The notes under the pieces are model-generated. The model was given only the letters and a program-made list of their open reading frames with translations. It made no database searches and was not told the DNA's origin. Positions 1 to 13,853 of a stretch of 64,000 nucleotides of DNA are shown piece by piece. The translations under genes and the position numbers were made by a program. The stretch's first letter is position 1, and every line of letters begins with the position of its first letter. This DNA is from Camelus dromedarius (Eukaryota): NCBI RefSeq assembly GCF_036321535.1, contig NC_087437.1, positions 5,704,001-5,768,000 of the forward strand. The letters are read 5' to 3'.

Positions 1-1075
1 CTAAGAGCTAAGAAATATAATGACATTCAAAGGAAATATGAATTTTCATAGCTATCTGAAAGACAAACAATGATTAATTTTAGTGTATCTCAAACTTGCT
101 TAAATTGACATACCTTCTACTCGTGTTCATGGTGTGAATGTCATGGTGCAAACCACTTACCCATGAATCTCAGCTGGTAAACATGACATGGAGAGTCATA
201 AGAATATATTAAATATATGGACACCTATCATATTTTCAGACAAAGGGAAGAAAACGAAACACACATTTTTCCCCTATCAAGGCAGCATTTAAGCATAAAC
301 CCAGAATACCCCAAATGTCTGGGCTTACAAGATGTAAATATGGCAAGAAGTGTCAGATAACCTACATTTCCAAAAACAAATCCCCAAACAATGACTCTTT
401 TGCCTTATCCCCCTGTGCTTAGCAAAAAAAGCTGTAGTTTAAATCGTGAAAAAAATAGCAGGTCCATGAATACTGCTGTTAATTGTGTTAATGTTTGCAG
501 AGATGTGCTTGCTGGCCACCAACAGAATGAAAAATATGCACAGGATTGTTCTGACATCTGTAGTTAGAAAATAAAAGGTAGGGGGAGTGGGGTTTCTGTT
601 CAAAGCAGCTTTTGTGTGTTACATGTTCCAGATACATTAAATATTTGTTTATAGTCTCTGTTTCCCACGCATTCAAGTTTAAGTAAAACCAACACCAAAG
701 AAATAGGTGAATAGATATGTAACTTTGAGATTCAAGTTAGTATTAAAATGTAAATAAAATGTGGAAAATGTCCTTAAAAGAATGATAGCAAAGTGAGAGC
801 CCTCTTAGTTTAAGTCATTTGAGACCTCCAATTACATAAAAATAAAAATCACTACATAAAAATCACTCCTCATATGAACTGTGTTAAGTACATCCCCAGT
901 AATGAAAACATTTTTCTTTTGAGAATTAAGATGATTTTAATGGTTTTTTTTTTTACTATTATTTTTCCCTTTTCATATTTTGAGCCATTCATTCATTCAT
1001 CTTAGATCTGGACTGTTTAATTCATTCATTCATTTTAGATCTGGACTATTTTCTGTAGCCTTTAGAATAACCTAT

Positions 1076-1160
1076 TTTTTTTTAATGGAGGCACTGGGGA
1101 TGGAACCCAGGACCTCGTGCATGCTAAGCGCACGCTCTACCACAGAGTTACACCCTCCCC
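1076..1160 (-). mobile_element. Vic-1-type tRNA-Ala-derived SINE
   Basis: Reverse complement reads GGGGAGGGTGTAACTCTGTGGTAGAGCGTGCGCTTAGCATGCACGAGGTCCTGGGTTCCATCCCCAGTGCCTCCATTAAAA, with an A tail. Confidence 0.88.
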
Positions 1161-1537
1161 TCATTTTCTGCAGCCTTTAAAAATTCCTGGAGTTTGGGCA
1201 TTGAGCCTATGGAGTCTAAGGAATGAAACAGCCCAGTTGTTAAGATTCTGGATCCCAATTTCCTCATCTATGAAGGAAGTGTTTCCCAGACTGAACTATA
1301 AAGCAGCTTTGTTGGGGATTAAATTCTCTATCAGGCGATCTCGGTGAGGGGTAGGGAAGGGAGGGAATGAGTTGAATTGGAATCATGCCTTCTGAGGAAG
1401 TGTCAGGTGTACAGAATTTGCCTTTGGTGAAAATGTCTCTAGGACTGCTGTAGTCGATGTTTTCCTGCAGAACTCTCCAGAAGGTCAGCTCATTCCTGAG
1501 TGAGCCTCTTTAGGGTCAGTCCTTGCGTTTCCTGTGG

Positions 1538-1741
1538 CCATGCTGTCCAATATGGCAACCATCAGCCACGTGTGGCTATTTAAATTTAAGTTAATTCAAA
1601 TAAAATAAAATAAATGCAGCGCCTCCTTCACACTAGGCAAATTTCAAGTGGACTAGCTACACATGGCCAGTGGCTACAGTATTGGGCAGTGCAAATGTAG
1701 ATCGCTTCCGTCACTGCAGCCAGTTCTGCTGAACGATGCTG
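1538..1741. mobile_element. MER3-like hAT-Charlie MITE
   Basis: GCTGTCCAATATGGCAACCATCAGCCACGTGTGGCTATTTAAATTT ... GTGGCTACAGTATTGGGCAGTGC, the internal palindromic layout typical of MER3. Confidence 0.8.
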
Positions 1742-2649
1742 TCCTGTAGTCTTGGTGTCTTTTCTTCCCCCTGCAAAGAAAAACACTTGTTCTTTCAATA
1801 GCCAAAAGAGTTTAAAAAAAAAAAAAAAACAATTTTTTTGAAGTACAATGTGCACAACCTAAAATTCACCCATTTCTAGTGAACAAGTCAAAAATTTTTA
1901 GTAAACTTATCAAGGTTTCTTTTCTGGAGCACAAAACACAGAGAATGATCAGAGTGACTATTTTCTCAAGTCTCCCAAGGACAATTCCAGATGCCAACGA
2001 GAGAAGTAAATGCACCATATATTATGAATGGATGTCTTAGGACACTGAAGCTTAATGTTCCCCTGGAATCCCAGGTGAAAAAGACAAAGTACAATTAGGC
2101 AGCATTTTAAATTACATCAGAGAGAAATGTAAGGAAGTATAGTTGAAAGCCCCTGAGTTAGACGGTGGTGCAACTGCACTGTATAACCAAAATTTGGCAA
2201 CTACTGTGGTCATGTTGCAATATAGCTTAGCCTTTCCTTTCCTTTCCTTCTTTCATAAACAGAAATATCTTTATGAGAAAAGAGACCTTACATCCATTGA
2301 ACTACGATTAATATAAAACTACTTTGAATATGGTCACACAGTGTACCTTTATGGCAATATTAATACTGCATTCCTCTCAATTCAGGTATTTTCTTTGTTG
2401 TTGCACAAGAGTGGTTTTTCATATAGTTGTAAAGAATATTACATATTGTTTTGTTTGGCCTCTGTTTACTTCATGCAATTTTATAGCCTCATTTTCTTTT
2501 GTGCATTGACAGTATCTATAGACCTGTTACATTTTGATACTTATTATTTTTTTTGATTTCACACTGTTTCATAAGTCTTGTCCCTGTTTAGTGAGACTTG
2601 AATGTTGCCAGTATGTCGATGTTATAAATAATGCTACAGTGATAATTCT

Positions 2650-2999
2650 TGTGGCTTAGGTCTGAGTGTCACATGTGGAAATCCTGACACCCAAGGTGAC
2701 AGTGTTACAAGGCAGGGCCATTGGAAGGTGATCAAGTCACAAGGGTGGAGCCCTCTTGAATAGGATTAGGGCCCTTATAAAAGGAGGTCCCACAAAGCTC
2801 CCCAGCCCCTTCCACCAGGTGAGGACAAAGTGAGAATGTGTTGGCTATGAATCAGGAAGAGGATCCTCACTAGAAAGTGGCCGTGCTGGCCCCCTGATCT
2901 TGTACTTCTCAGCTTCCAGAACTGTGAGAAGTAAATTTCTGTTGTTTATAAGCCGCTCAATCTTCAATATTTTATTATAGCAGCACGAATGGGCTAAGA
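2650..2999 (+). mobile_element. MLT1A-like MaLR solo LTR
   Basis: GGGTGGAGCCCTCTTGAATAGGATTAGGGCCCTTATAAAAG and 3' end CTTCCAGAACTGTGAGAAGTAAATTTCTGTTGTTTATAAGCC...TTATAGCAGCACGAATGGGCTAAGA. Confidence 0.88.
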
Positions 3000-3094
3000 A
3001 TCTTGTATTCATTTTTTTCTTTAGAATCATTTATATCTACATATAAATACACATATATAAATATACAATTTGTCAAGTATTGTTATTATTTATG

Positions 3095-3387
3095 TTGTCT
3101 TATCCAATGTGGTAGCACTAGGCACATGAGATATGACTAGTCTGAACTGATACATGTGGTGGGTATAAAATACATGCTGGATCTTGAAAATTAATATGAA
3201 CAAAATAGTATAAAATATATTATTAATCATTTTTATATTGATTACATATTGAAAAATATTTTTGACATTTTGGATTAAATGAAACATTATCAAAATTAAT
3301 TTCACCTGTCCCTTTGTACTTTTCAAAACGTGGCTATTAGGAAATTTCACGTATGGTTTACATTATATTTCTTTTGGACAGCACTGA
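3095..3387. mobile_element. MER33-like hAT-Charlie MITE
   Basis: TCCAATGTGGTAGCACTAGGCACATG ... TTTTATATTGATTACATATTGAAA ... AAAATTAATTTCACCTG ... TTGGACAGCACTG. Confidence 0.8.
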
Positions 3388-3399
3388 TCCAACACCCTG

Positions 3400-4560
3400 A
3401 TTTTAGTTCTGGATTTTTCAGTTCAGTTGATGAATTTTCCCTAATTCATACCTAATTCCTGCGGTTTTTATAATTGTTTTAATAATTTAAAATATGCTTG
3501 AAATAGAATGTGAGTACAGTGATACCTTTAAAATGGCACTTGGCGTTACTGGTTTCTTGCATTTCTAGATACTGTGTACCACCAATTTATAAAGTTCTGT
3601 ATGTTACATCATGAGCACTTTTACTTCATAGTGCATTAAGTCTTTTCATTAACTTAAAAATATTGTCATCTTTTCTAATTTGAGGCTTCCCAGGTGCTTG
3701 AGTTCTGCTTTATTATGCATTTCTTTGTTTTCCCATCTGTCGTTTACATTTTTTAAGCCAGTTTATTCTGAGTTGACATCATTAACCGTTTTCATTGTGT
3801 CAGTGGGAACTCTTTTTGTATTTTCTATTGGAGTGTCATTGTAAAGGAAGGCCACTGACTCTGGTGACTCTTCTTAATTCCGCTGATCTCTTCTTAATTA
3901 TCGTTAATACTTTTGTGGCTTGTTTATTTCTACTTTCTAAATATAGCTACATTACCTTACAAAAACAGAATTCAAAATGTCATTCTTTCCTGTATTTGTA
4001 AGTCACGTTTTTTCCTTCTGGAATGCAGCATGCTCCAATTTGTATTTGGCTTTTACTATTAAAGTATTTATGCTTTATTCTTCTAAGGCAATGATCCACT
4101 GGGCTTATTTTGCTAATTTTTTATGATTAATTTTATTAAATATTTTGCTATAATATACCAGTTGCACATTCTTGGAATACATCCTGCTTTTTCCATATTA
4201 GACAATTTTTTTAAACCTATTACATTTTGTTTGCTAAGGTTTTGCTTAAGGTTTTTGCATCTTTGTTTCATTAATGAGATTTCCTCACCCTGCCAAGGCC
4301 CACCAAATTTACTTAGGAATTATTGTTCCCTAAGGAAACACATCATACTTAAAAATACGTATTTTGGGAGCAATTTAAGTAGTATAAAGGGTGATTTATT
4401 CTTTAAAAGCTTGGAAAATTCTCCAGTTAAGGCATCAGGGTCATAATACCTCACTTTCCCTATTCATATATCATGAATTAATAATGTGTTCCATTTCTTG
4501 CTGTGTACATTTTTATTACATGTTTGTGAGAAATCATATACACATGATTCTTTACCCAAT
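3400..4560 (-). mobile_element. Ancient L1 (L1ME-like) ORF2 fragments
   Basis: T-rich degenerate L1 antisense phrases such as TTGCACATTCTTGGAATACATCC and TTTTGCATCTTTGTTTCATTAATGAGAT. Similar pieces occur at about 2240-2650 and 5600-6200. Confidence 0.55.
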
Positions 4561-4769
4561 TAGCCATACAGTTACAACAAAGAACGATGTTCTTTAACCT
4601 TTTTTTTAAAGACTTAGTGACACTTCTTACTTATTTGCTTATTACACAAAGTTATGCAATGGTAGCAAAGAATGACAGCTAATATTAACAAAGAATGACA
4701 GTTGATAGTAAGTGGGCATTTGCTCCCCCCCCCCCCAGAAATGCAGCAGCTTCAGCACCTCCTTTCCAC

Positions 4770-4925
4770 CCTCACAGAACCCCCAGGAAGTAGGTGCTAT
4801 GTTAAAGCCCACTTCACAGATGGGCAGGTTGAGGTGCTGAGAGATGATGTCATTTATCTGAGGTCGCCCAGTTAGTCAAAATGAAGCTGGGGTGCAAACC
4901 CCCGACCATGTCTGATTCCAAAGCC
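4770..4925 (-). mobile_element. MIR SINE
   Basis: CCCACTTCACAGATGGGCAGGTTGAGGTGCTGAGAGATGATGTCATTTATCTGAGGTCGCCCAGTTAG...TCTGATTCCAAAGCC, the MIR core in antisense. Confidence 0.7.
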
Positions 4926-5191
4926 ATGACCAGCATAAACAAAGTGAAGCTCGTGGCATGAACGAAGGCAAAACTGAAAGACAGTCCCATACACTCACCT
5001 CGCCCTCACTGTGGCTTAGTCTACCTAATAAGTAGTCAACCACCTAATAAGATTATGGGACAAATTCATTACACTCCTTCCCACTCTCTTTTGACCTGTC
5101 ACCTGAAGGTGAACCGACATTAAATAAATGAATGACCCGTGGCCTCAGAAAATAAGCCTGCCAATCTCTGCATCCATCAGTCTGATCAAAA

Positions 5192-5384
5192 AGAGCATGT
5201 GTTTAGCATGCACGAGGTTGTGGGTTCAATTCCTAGTACCTCCACTAAAAAATTAAAAAATAAATAAATAAACCTAATTACCCCCCAAATAAATAAAAGA
5301 AAAAAAAAAGAAAATGGTAATGATTAATTAAAAACAAAAACAAAAACAAAAACAAAAACAAAAACAAAAACAAAAACAAAAAAA
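5192..5384 (+). mobile_element. 5'-truncated Vic-1-type SINE with (AAAAAC)8 tail
   Basis: AGAGCATGTGTTTAGCATGCACGAGGTTGTGGGTTCAATTCCTAGTACCTCCA, then AAATAAACCTAATTACCCCCC, then (AAAAAC)8 at 5330-5377. The A-box is missing. Confidence 0.85.
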
Positions 5385-6396
5385 CTCTTAGGATGGTAGA
5401 TCTCTCTGCTTAGTCCAAACCACAGAAACATGGGACAGGGAGGTACCTCAGTCATTCCCCTGCTGCAGATCATCTAAATTGCCTTGAATTTAGGGCCCGA
5501 GATGATTTATTTACAAACTGAATATTCCACCTTCCCTTTCTACTCTCCCCGTTTCTCTACCACATCCGTCATCTGAATAAGGGGGACATGTGTCCTATGA
5601 TACCCTGAGTGCTTTTTAACAAAATTTATGCTACTTTAATTGTTTTTTCCCTGATTACACTAATCTGTAATTTCTCCTTTTCATTGGGCCAATGGCTTTT
5701 CAATTCTATCCATTTTGTCAAAATGCAAGCTCTGTTCTGTTGATTTATTTCTATTCCTCTTTTATTTAAAAAATTTCTGTTGTATTTTTATTTTACTACT
5801 TTGTTTTGGTGCACTACATTTTTCCGTTTTAAAGTTCTTTAGGCACAGAATTAATTCATGATGTTTCTATCCTCCTTTTATTGTTAATATATATTCAGAG
5901 AAAGACATTTTCTTAGCACATTTCTGCCAGCATCTCATTAATGGTGATTTGCCGTCCTTCTGTGCTTTGCTATTTTAAAAGAAATGTTTTCGTTACTATC
6001 ACTTTCCTCGATGTAATTTAATATGGTATTTAAAATTTTAATTTCCATGTGATTTGTTTCCATAGAATTTTATTTTTCCTATTTAATTATAATGGTATTG
6101 TTATGTTGCGGTGTCAGAATACAGTTTTCATCGATTTCATGCTATTGCTTTCTGCATTAAGTAAGTTCATTTCTCTGTCCCAGTGCAGGGTTCATTTGTG
6201 TAACTGGAAAGAATCCTTGTAATCCTTTGCCAAACTTTCTGGTAGCTCTACTTTATTCCTTATCTTCTTCAGCTGTATGGTTTCTCTTCCATTTGTGCAC
6301 AGATTCTGCCAGGTCCTTTCAGTCCTGAGATCTACAACTATATTTCTACGAGTTTTCCCTTGTCGACGGCCAGCTTCTCCTAGCTCTGCCTTAATC

Positions 6397-6570
6397 AAGA
6401 ACTGGCTTCAAGGTCATCTCAGCCTGTGCAGTAGCCCTGCTCTCAGAGGGGCCCTGTACTTGGTTTAAGGCTTTGCTGTTCCTGTTTGGAAATTCTTAGT
6501 AATTTCTGAACAAAAGGCCCTGCCTTTTTTATTTTGCAACCGGCTGCTGCAAACGAGGTCTCCGGCCCTG
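6397..6570. mobile_element. MER45A-like hAT-Tip100 MITE
   Basis: CTCAGAGGGGCCCTGTACTTGGTTTAAGGCTTTGCTGTT...GAAATTCTTAGTAATTTCTGAACAAAAGGCCC...CCGGCCCTG. Confidence 0.7.
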
Positions 6571-7244
6571 CCGGTTCCTTATGTTCTACGACTTTGCTGA
6601 ACTCATTTTTATCACACGCTCCTTGAAGATGACTTGTTGGATTTTCTAGATGAGCCATTCCATCATCTAAACGAGACCCCGTTCCAGCCAGGCAGCTTCA
6701 GGAAGGCCCTCCCGTTAGCTCTTCCCCTCCTTCCACGGTGAGATCGCTGCTAAGCGTGGTCTCCTGGCATCTCCTTCACGTAATGTCAGGTGTTCTTTTA
6801 TTACTTCCAAAGGCGCTGGAGGGGCTTGTGGTCGGGTGTCCAACACAGGACGCTCGGCTCAGGCCTCACCAGGGCTTTTGCTTGGAAGCAGCAGCAAAAG
6901 CAAAAGTAAGCTCTGCCCCCACCGTCTCTCCTGCCCACACAGCCCAGGGAGCCTCACCTTCCCCAGCCTCCCAACGCAAAAGGGACGTCTCGCTCCCCTG
7001 TGCGTGGGGTTTTGGTTCTAGGATCCTTTCCTGCCCTACTTCTCTCTGCCTTCGCCGTATGCTCCCATCATCCTGGGGGTCCCACGTGGACTTTCCATCC
7101 AACATAGCCCTTCTCTGGTGGAGTGAAGGAGACAGCCTCAGCCTTTCCATGCAAGTTCGGAAGTGAGAGCTGTCCCAGGGCCGGACGGGGTCAACGCCCC
7201 CCCTGGAGCATCCCTGAAATTTTAACTTGAGATTGGCTTGTCTC

Positions 7245-7335
7245 TTGCCTGTGGTTCAGGCTCAGGCAAGTCACTTCACCTTTCTGAGCCATCTCAGTCC
7301 TCACGTCTGTAAAATGGAGGAAATGACAGTAATAT
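7245..7335 (+). mobile_element. MIR SINE core
   Basis: GGCAAGTCACTTCACCTTTCTGAGCC...CAGTCCTCACGTCTGTAAAATGGAGG. Confidence 0.7.
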
Positions 7336-9505
7336 ATTTATCCTTGTGCCTCTGACGGCTCAGCAAGAGGAAGCCGGGGAGGCCCTCAAAGTGGTGTCCT
7401 CTGCCGGCCCTCCAGCCGGTGCCAAGGTGGGTCCGGCAGAGCCTCGGAGGGCCTCTTTGTCTCTTTGAACAGTGACCTCAGAAAGGGATGTAGGGGAATT
7501 CTCCAGGCCTGCGTGCCCCCGGCAAAGGCATCATCCCACCAGGATGACTGAACTGGGTCTCCATCTGCTGAAAATAGTACGGAGATATAAATGTGTCCCC
7601 GTGGCTACCCGCCGTCCTAGGGCTGGACTTCCCAGGAGGCCGTCCTGGATTTCTTGCCCCTCAGAACTGCATCTGGCTAAGCTGATGGAGCCATACCAGG
7701 CCCTGGGCCGGTTACCTAACCGTGCCTGTGCGTCTGCAGCTGGTCTGCAGCGTGAGACCACACACGCCCTCCCTGCCCCGCCCTGCCCTCAGCCCCAGTC
7801 CTCCTCCCCTCCCCTCCCTGAGGGAGGCTGTTGGCTCAGGAGAGAGCAGGCTCTGTGTCGCCCGTAGGCCCCGATCCCCTTGGCCTCATTCTCCTCATTC
7901 CTCAATTTGACCACCTTTTTTTTTTTTCCTTCAGTGTAGCTACTACCACAGGCTATAACTACACTCACAGAAATCCTACCTCCACACCCCGGAGACAGAG
8001 CCTTGATGAGATAAATCCATAAAGTTTGATTCTCAAAGTGGGCCCACCCCAGGACCCCGGTTTACTCAGCCCTCGAAGGGCCTGTGTTTGGGCCTGGACA
8101 GGGAGGTGAGGCTACTTCTCAGGTGTCCTGCTCATCCCAGGATGCCTGCGTGGGCCCCCCCACCCCACCCCGAGGCCTGGAATGATGTGAATTTGCCCAG
8201 GGACACTGACAGATAAGTAGCTGGTTCCCAGCCCAGAGACAGGTATGGGGTCCTCAAGCCAGCCGCACAAGGAGCGCTCGAATTCCACTAATGCTTTCTC
8301 TCATTTTGATACAAAGGAAAAATCCTCTTCCCAACCCACGAGCCTGGTTACTCAGCCTCCTTTCTGGATTGAGAAATGGTTTTTCCCTGCTACCGTCTCT
8401 GGTGGCTGGGCGGGTCTCTCTCTTTCTTCGTGATGGGACCACAATGTAAGACACCATTTCTGTCCTCTCATGGTTTTGTGTTTCTTTCTCTTAAGAATTA
8501 TTATCTTGTGCAATGCACTGGAGACACTAAGAAGTTTTTATAACATGCTGTGCGCTGGTGGAGGGGGTACAGGACAGTCTTAACGATCCCCAAATCAATG
8601 TCATGTACAGGAGACCGTGGTCGACAATACTGTTAAGGGGGTGTCGTGTGTGTTGCAACAAATACCACTATTCTGTGATGGAGCAGACACTTCATTATGT
8701 TCAAAGTGAAATGAAGGGGGCCCCTGACTGGGGCTCTGGAATCTGGGGGCATGGAAACTTTTACTGTGAACTATTTATTGCACCCCAAACTCACCTCTAT
8801 GGGGACCAATGAGAAGGGAAGTAAGTTAAACCTAGCTGAGGCTGAGACATCCTGTGTGCGACAGAGAACTCTTGTGGGTCTGACTGACCTTTGGGGGAAA
8901 TTACTCAAACCGCTACCTTTTTAATGTGCGTTCACAGCCTTCTTTCACACTTGCAAATGTTGGTCTGCGTCCATCTCAGGAGGCTGGTTGGGAGGTAGGT
9001 CAGCATTTTTCGCCCTGTGTGACCAAAGAGGAAAATGAAATCCCCAAGGTTTAAAGGATTTGTCTTACGTCAAGCAGTGACCAAACGGCAGCTCTGATCC
9101 CAGCTCCCGGCTGAAGCACGTCGGGCCCGGGGGCTGAGTCACACAGCCAGGCAGCTTCCTCGCATCCCAAGTCAGACGGAAGGTTTGAATTTCCCCGCAA
9201 GTAAGAGTGAGAACAGCAGACTGCTGGAATGAAGTGTTTACACACCACTGCAGAGAAAGGGGCTTATGAAAGACTTAAGATTTAAGCTGTGTGTTTAGAG
9301 GGAAAAGAGATGCAGAGCGGAGATGGCCAGGATCATTTTTACGGCTGAAATATCAGTGTAGACTCATACAGTCTTTGTAGCGACATAGATGAACTAAAGA
9401 GCATAGAGACAGTTCAGTGTGCAAAGTGTCTATGGAGCAACAAGCCTGAGTTTGACACGGGAGAATATGGTAATAAACTTTCTTATTTTGGATACAACAT
9501 AGGAG

Positions 9506-9642
9506 GGGGAGGGTACAGCTCAGTGGTAGAGGGCATGGCCAGCATGCACGAGGTCCTGGGTTCCGTCCCCAGTACCTCCATTAAACAAAAAATAATAATA
9601 AGTAAACCTAATTACCGCCTCCCCCACCAAAAAAACCCCACA
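9506..9642 (+). mobile_element. Vic-1-type SINE with target-site duplication
   Basis: Full tRNA-like head plus AAACCTAATTACC tail. TSD TGGATACAACA at 9489-9499 and 9643-9653. Confidence 0.92.
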
Positions 9643-11379
9643 TGGATACAACACAAAGTTAAAGACCCCAGGAACCCATGATCAGAACTGGAGATTGAAG
9701 TTGATTTCAGATTACTCCGCATACCATTGTCCTCTAGCAGACATTTGAATTGCCCTTAACAGTTACAAATTACATGACACACAGTAGTAATTCGCTAAAA
9801 TTGAAGATGACCAAGAACTGAACAAACAAAACAAAGCAACCAACCATAGAAATGAACAAAAAAAAAACCCCAACATTGAATTTGACTTTTAAAAAAAGTT
9901 CAAAAAAAAAAATCTGTGATTAAACACCCAGAATCAGTAGGTCAAAGGAGTCATTCATGGGGACCTTTTGCCTTCAGGCTACAGTGGCTCAGACCATCCT
10001 GGTAGATAATTGCCTGCCCTATTCTTAAGGTTCTTGTGACAAAGAAATTCCAAGGCCCTCTCGGTAACACGTCCCAGAGCCTGGTGGCAGCATGAGGTTT
10101 TCCTCTCTGTGGAGCCTGAAATCCCCGTGGCCCTCGTTTATCCACTTCCTCTTGCTCTTGTTAGCCCCAGTTGAGCTCAAGATCCTCTACTGATACAATC
10201 ACATGATCTGAAAAGACCTCTGAAGGTTCCCTCTGCGGTATGTCCGAATGAAGGTTTAATCACGCAAGAAGTGTTTGCACAGGAACTGGGGACAGGGAGA
10301 GGATGTGTCTTGGTTTTGCTTTCTGGCTTCCCTGGAGCGACCTTCCGACCCCTGTTCCGCAAGCCAACCTGTCACTTCCTTTGAGCCTGGGTTCACTCAA
10401 GTCTTGTTCAGGTCCCAAGCCCCCTCCTAGGAGTGACTCTGCTCCCAGGCACATTGAGCAGATCGTAGAACCGTGACATGTGGCTCCCGGTCTCTCTGCA
10501 CCTGCCCCAGATCCTCTCTCTGGTCTTTGAGTTCTTTTGGTGGTGTTGGGAGTGGGTCGGCAAGGGTCCTGAGCCTTGCCCTCCACCTCCTGGGTGACAA
10601 GATTAACCTGTCTGCTCTCTCATGTGGCTGCTGCATGTCTGTGCTGAAAAGGACAAGATGACATGTGGCTAATTTTCTCGCTAATGTGCGTAAGTGGGAG
10701 CTGTCCAGGGAAGCTTCCTTTTGCCAGGTAATTTGTACATCTTAACAGCAGCCTTCTGGAGATGCCGTCTTCTCTTGTGTGGTGCACTGCTAACAGTGGG
10801 AATTCCTAATTAAGAAAGGAGGTGGGTAGCACGCCAAGCTGGAGGGGTGATGTTTTTGGTCTTATCAGGTTTTGCTACATCATCCCTCTCCGAGTGAAGT
10901 CAGAATTTCTACGGATCCGTGGACAGGGCTGGGACTGCTCTTTTATTCTTTTGAACGACTTCCAAAATTGGAACTGTATTGCACACACAATGGGACGCAA
11001 ACCTCCCTCCAACCCCAAACTCTCAGCTCCTTCCCTGATAGCACCCAATACAGTCCTTTCCACAAAGTACATGTGTGCTTGCCAGATGCCAGCTTCCTGA
11101 ATGCATTTATTTGCAACAGATAATAAGGAAAACCAGGAAGAAACGTCAGAAGGCATAGAATAAACCATACCCAGCATATCCAAAGAAAGAGGCCGTGTGA
11201 GATAAGAAAGAATGGTATAAGCCTATGAGGGAAAAAGATGGAGCTTCCAAAAAGGTGTATTAAAATCAACACACTTACTGAGGCTCTCTTGAGGATCTCG
11301 GGTTCTGGGCTGGTGCAGAGAGTTTGAAGGTGAATCCTGTCTGCTGTCAAACTCTGCTGAGCTCAGTGAGTATGGAGAG

Positions 11380-12400
11380 AAGACTTGGGAGTTGTACTCC
11401 ATTGCGCTCTAACTCATCCGGGGGAAAGACTCATAAATAATTACAAGGCAGTGTGATGAGGGCTGTCGCCAAGGTGTGTACCAAGTGCTTTAAGAGCCTG
11501 GAGGAGCGATGCATTATGTCTCCTGGAGTCAGGAACATCCTAGCAAAGGAGGAAACATTCACGCTTTCTTGAAGGATGCCTTTAAGTTCTTCCAACCAAG
11601 GGAGGGAAGCAAGAATTCTAAATGTAGCAAACACCGTTAGCAAACACAGAGGGTGAGGATGCACAGCCTTTGCAGGGAAGAGGTCAGGGTGACTAGCTTA
11701 TAGGTGCCAGCGGGGAAGATGGTGGGGGAGGGGGCAAGTTATGACGGGCCATGGATGCCTGCCCAGGAGAATGACATTTGTCCTGAACTGGCAACTATTG
11801 GTGACATTTAGGTTGAGAAGTGATCCCCCCAGGACAATTCTGATGGTGTTTTGAGAATCAGAGAGAAGCTGGGAGGCACTAGAGTCAGGCAGGGTATTAG
11901 GGCTTCTGCAATGGTCCAAGCCAAGTGGGATGAGATTGTAATCAGGCCAGGCTGCTGGAAATGGGCTTGAGAGACCTTTCTAGGTTGATTTTGCTGTTTA
12001 TTCTTTAATAGTTAACTGGGATGGGTGGACGAGGCTGATGCCGAGTTCTTCTGTAAGGCTGTGATGTAGGCAGAACACCATGGGAAGAAATACGGGGTGC
12101 AGGAGAACAGATGTCTGGAGAACAGATTCAGTGAATCAAACCTAAGGCGTGTTGACTTGGCCCCATCAGGCCGAGAATCTCAGCAGGGAAAGAGAGTTTC
12201 AATGATAGAAGGAGAGTTAGCGATCGCAACTGCTTCACAAAGGTGAAGAAGAGTGAAGATGAAAAATTAGCCACTGGGTTTGTTAATTAGATGTCAACCA
12301 TGACCTCGGGGAGGGCAGTTTCAGTAGAAGAGGAAGGAAGCCAGTAGTTACACAGGCTGGTAACTGAACATTTTTAGGAATTCATTTCTATTTATACAGA
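11380..12400 (-). mobile_element. L2 LINE fragments
   Basis: Purine-rich degenerate L2 antisense phrases (ATAATTACAAGGCAGTGTGATGAGGGC, TGACCTCGGGGAGGGCAGTTTCAGTAGAAG). Probably continues at about 13400-13790. Confidence 0.55.
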
Positions 12401-13853
12401 GAAGGAAAGCCTAGTGGAGAGAGAAAAGGATGAAAGATGTGACTGAACAAGGTGGGAGAGGCGGGGAACAACCCCAGTCCTGTCCCGTTTTCGAAAGAGA
12501 GAGGAGCCCCTGCGGTACCACGAGCCTCTTTGCCGCAGGGATTTACCTTTCCTCCCAGAATCTCACTAATGCGGATGCTGCCTTCCTACAGGCTGTGGGG
12601 GAAGGGGAGGCATTCCTCTTTCCTTCCCAGGCCATCCGTCCCAGAATCCATGATGGGAAAGCTGGCAGGAGCTCTGATACGCAACCTCTCTTCACTGCCA
12701 GCATGGGGAAATTCACACACTAAGAGCCACCCGAGGTCCTTATCTGCAGAGCTGCAGGCTCAACCTTCGGGGGTTTCTGATTGACGCCTGGAGCTCTTTT
12801 CCCTCCCGGCTCCTGGCATCCCACTCTCCTGGATGCCCTGCATAAAGACCGGGTCGCCAGGCCCAAGGGGATGTGGCGCAGAAGGAGGGGAGCCTTTCCT
12901 TTCTTTGGTCTGAGGCTGCCTTTCCAGACCCTTGATTCTTGTCCTTATTTGATTGGCACTGAGACTGGCCTTCAGGGAAGCGACCTCACTCCACCTTCTA
13001 CCCAAAGGAGGATTACACAACCCTTTGGTCCCCAAAGGAAAAAACATTCACATCAGAACAGAGGAGTCCAATAATCATACAAGACATTCCTAGATGGTTT
13101 CTGATGTGGGGTTAGCCTAATACACAGGGTGGAGGGGTTAGGTAAGGATAAATGGGATGGAGGAAAGGTTAAAGCAGTTTATTTCTTGATGTATTTTATT
13201 GTCTATGGCATACCTAGGGCTACGCTGAGATGAAGAGGCAGTGGGCTAATTGTGATTTACAGAGGAAGAGTTTGGAGCATGGAAATTGAAGCCAATTAGC
13301 AAAGGTAATAGATTGCCTTACTAGCACCAAAGGCCCCACTGAACATAGAAATCATACACCTGTCAGTCATCATAGCTATGTTTTTTTTCCTCTCCCACAG
13401 AGTGGCAGCCTGGGGTGTGAAAGGAGAAGGTCATGGTTGGATTTATGCAAAGCTATAGATGGGTAAGGCGGACAAAACCGAAGGACAGTGATATGAAGGG
13501 CCTGGGCTGCTGGTGAGCATGTGGTTGAAAGTCTTGTTCATGAACCTGGGCTGGGAAGGAAATGAGTACAGACGAGAGCCCTGATGGGCTGAAGATGGGG
13601 GATGGAGTGGGGGAGGTGCAGGTTTTGCTGAGGCTGGCAGGTGGGTCTCGGGGAAGTAAAGGAATGGGACTGATGAAAGGGCAGAGGTTTTGGCTGGACA
13701 CTGGGTTTCTGAGTGTCAGATTTCAGAGATGAAATACTGCTGGGATTGGGATGTGGGAATGGGTGGATGAAGGGAAGTGGATTGGGAGCCGTCCGTCACC
13801 TATAGTGATACGGTCATCAGACTTCCCCACTCATGAATGTAAATCTGTTCTTG

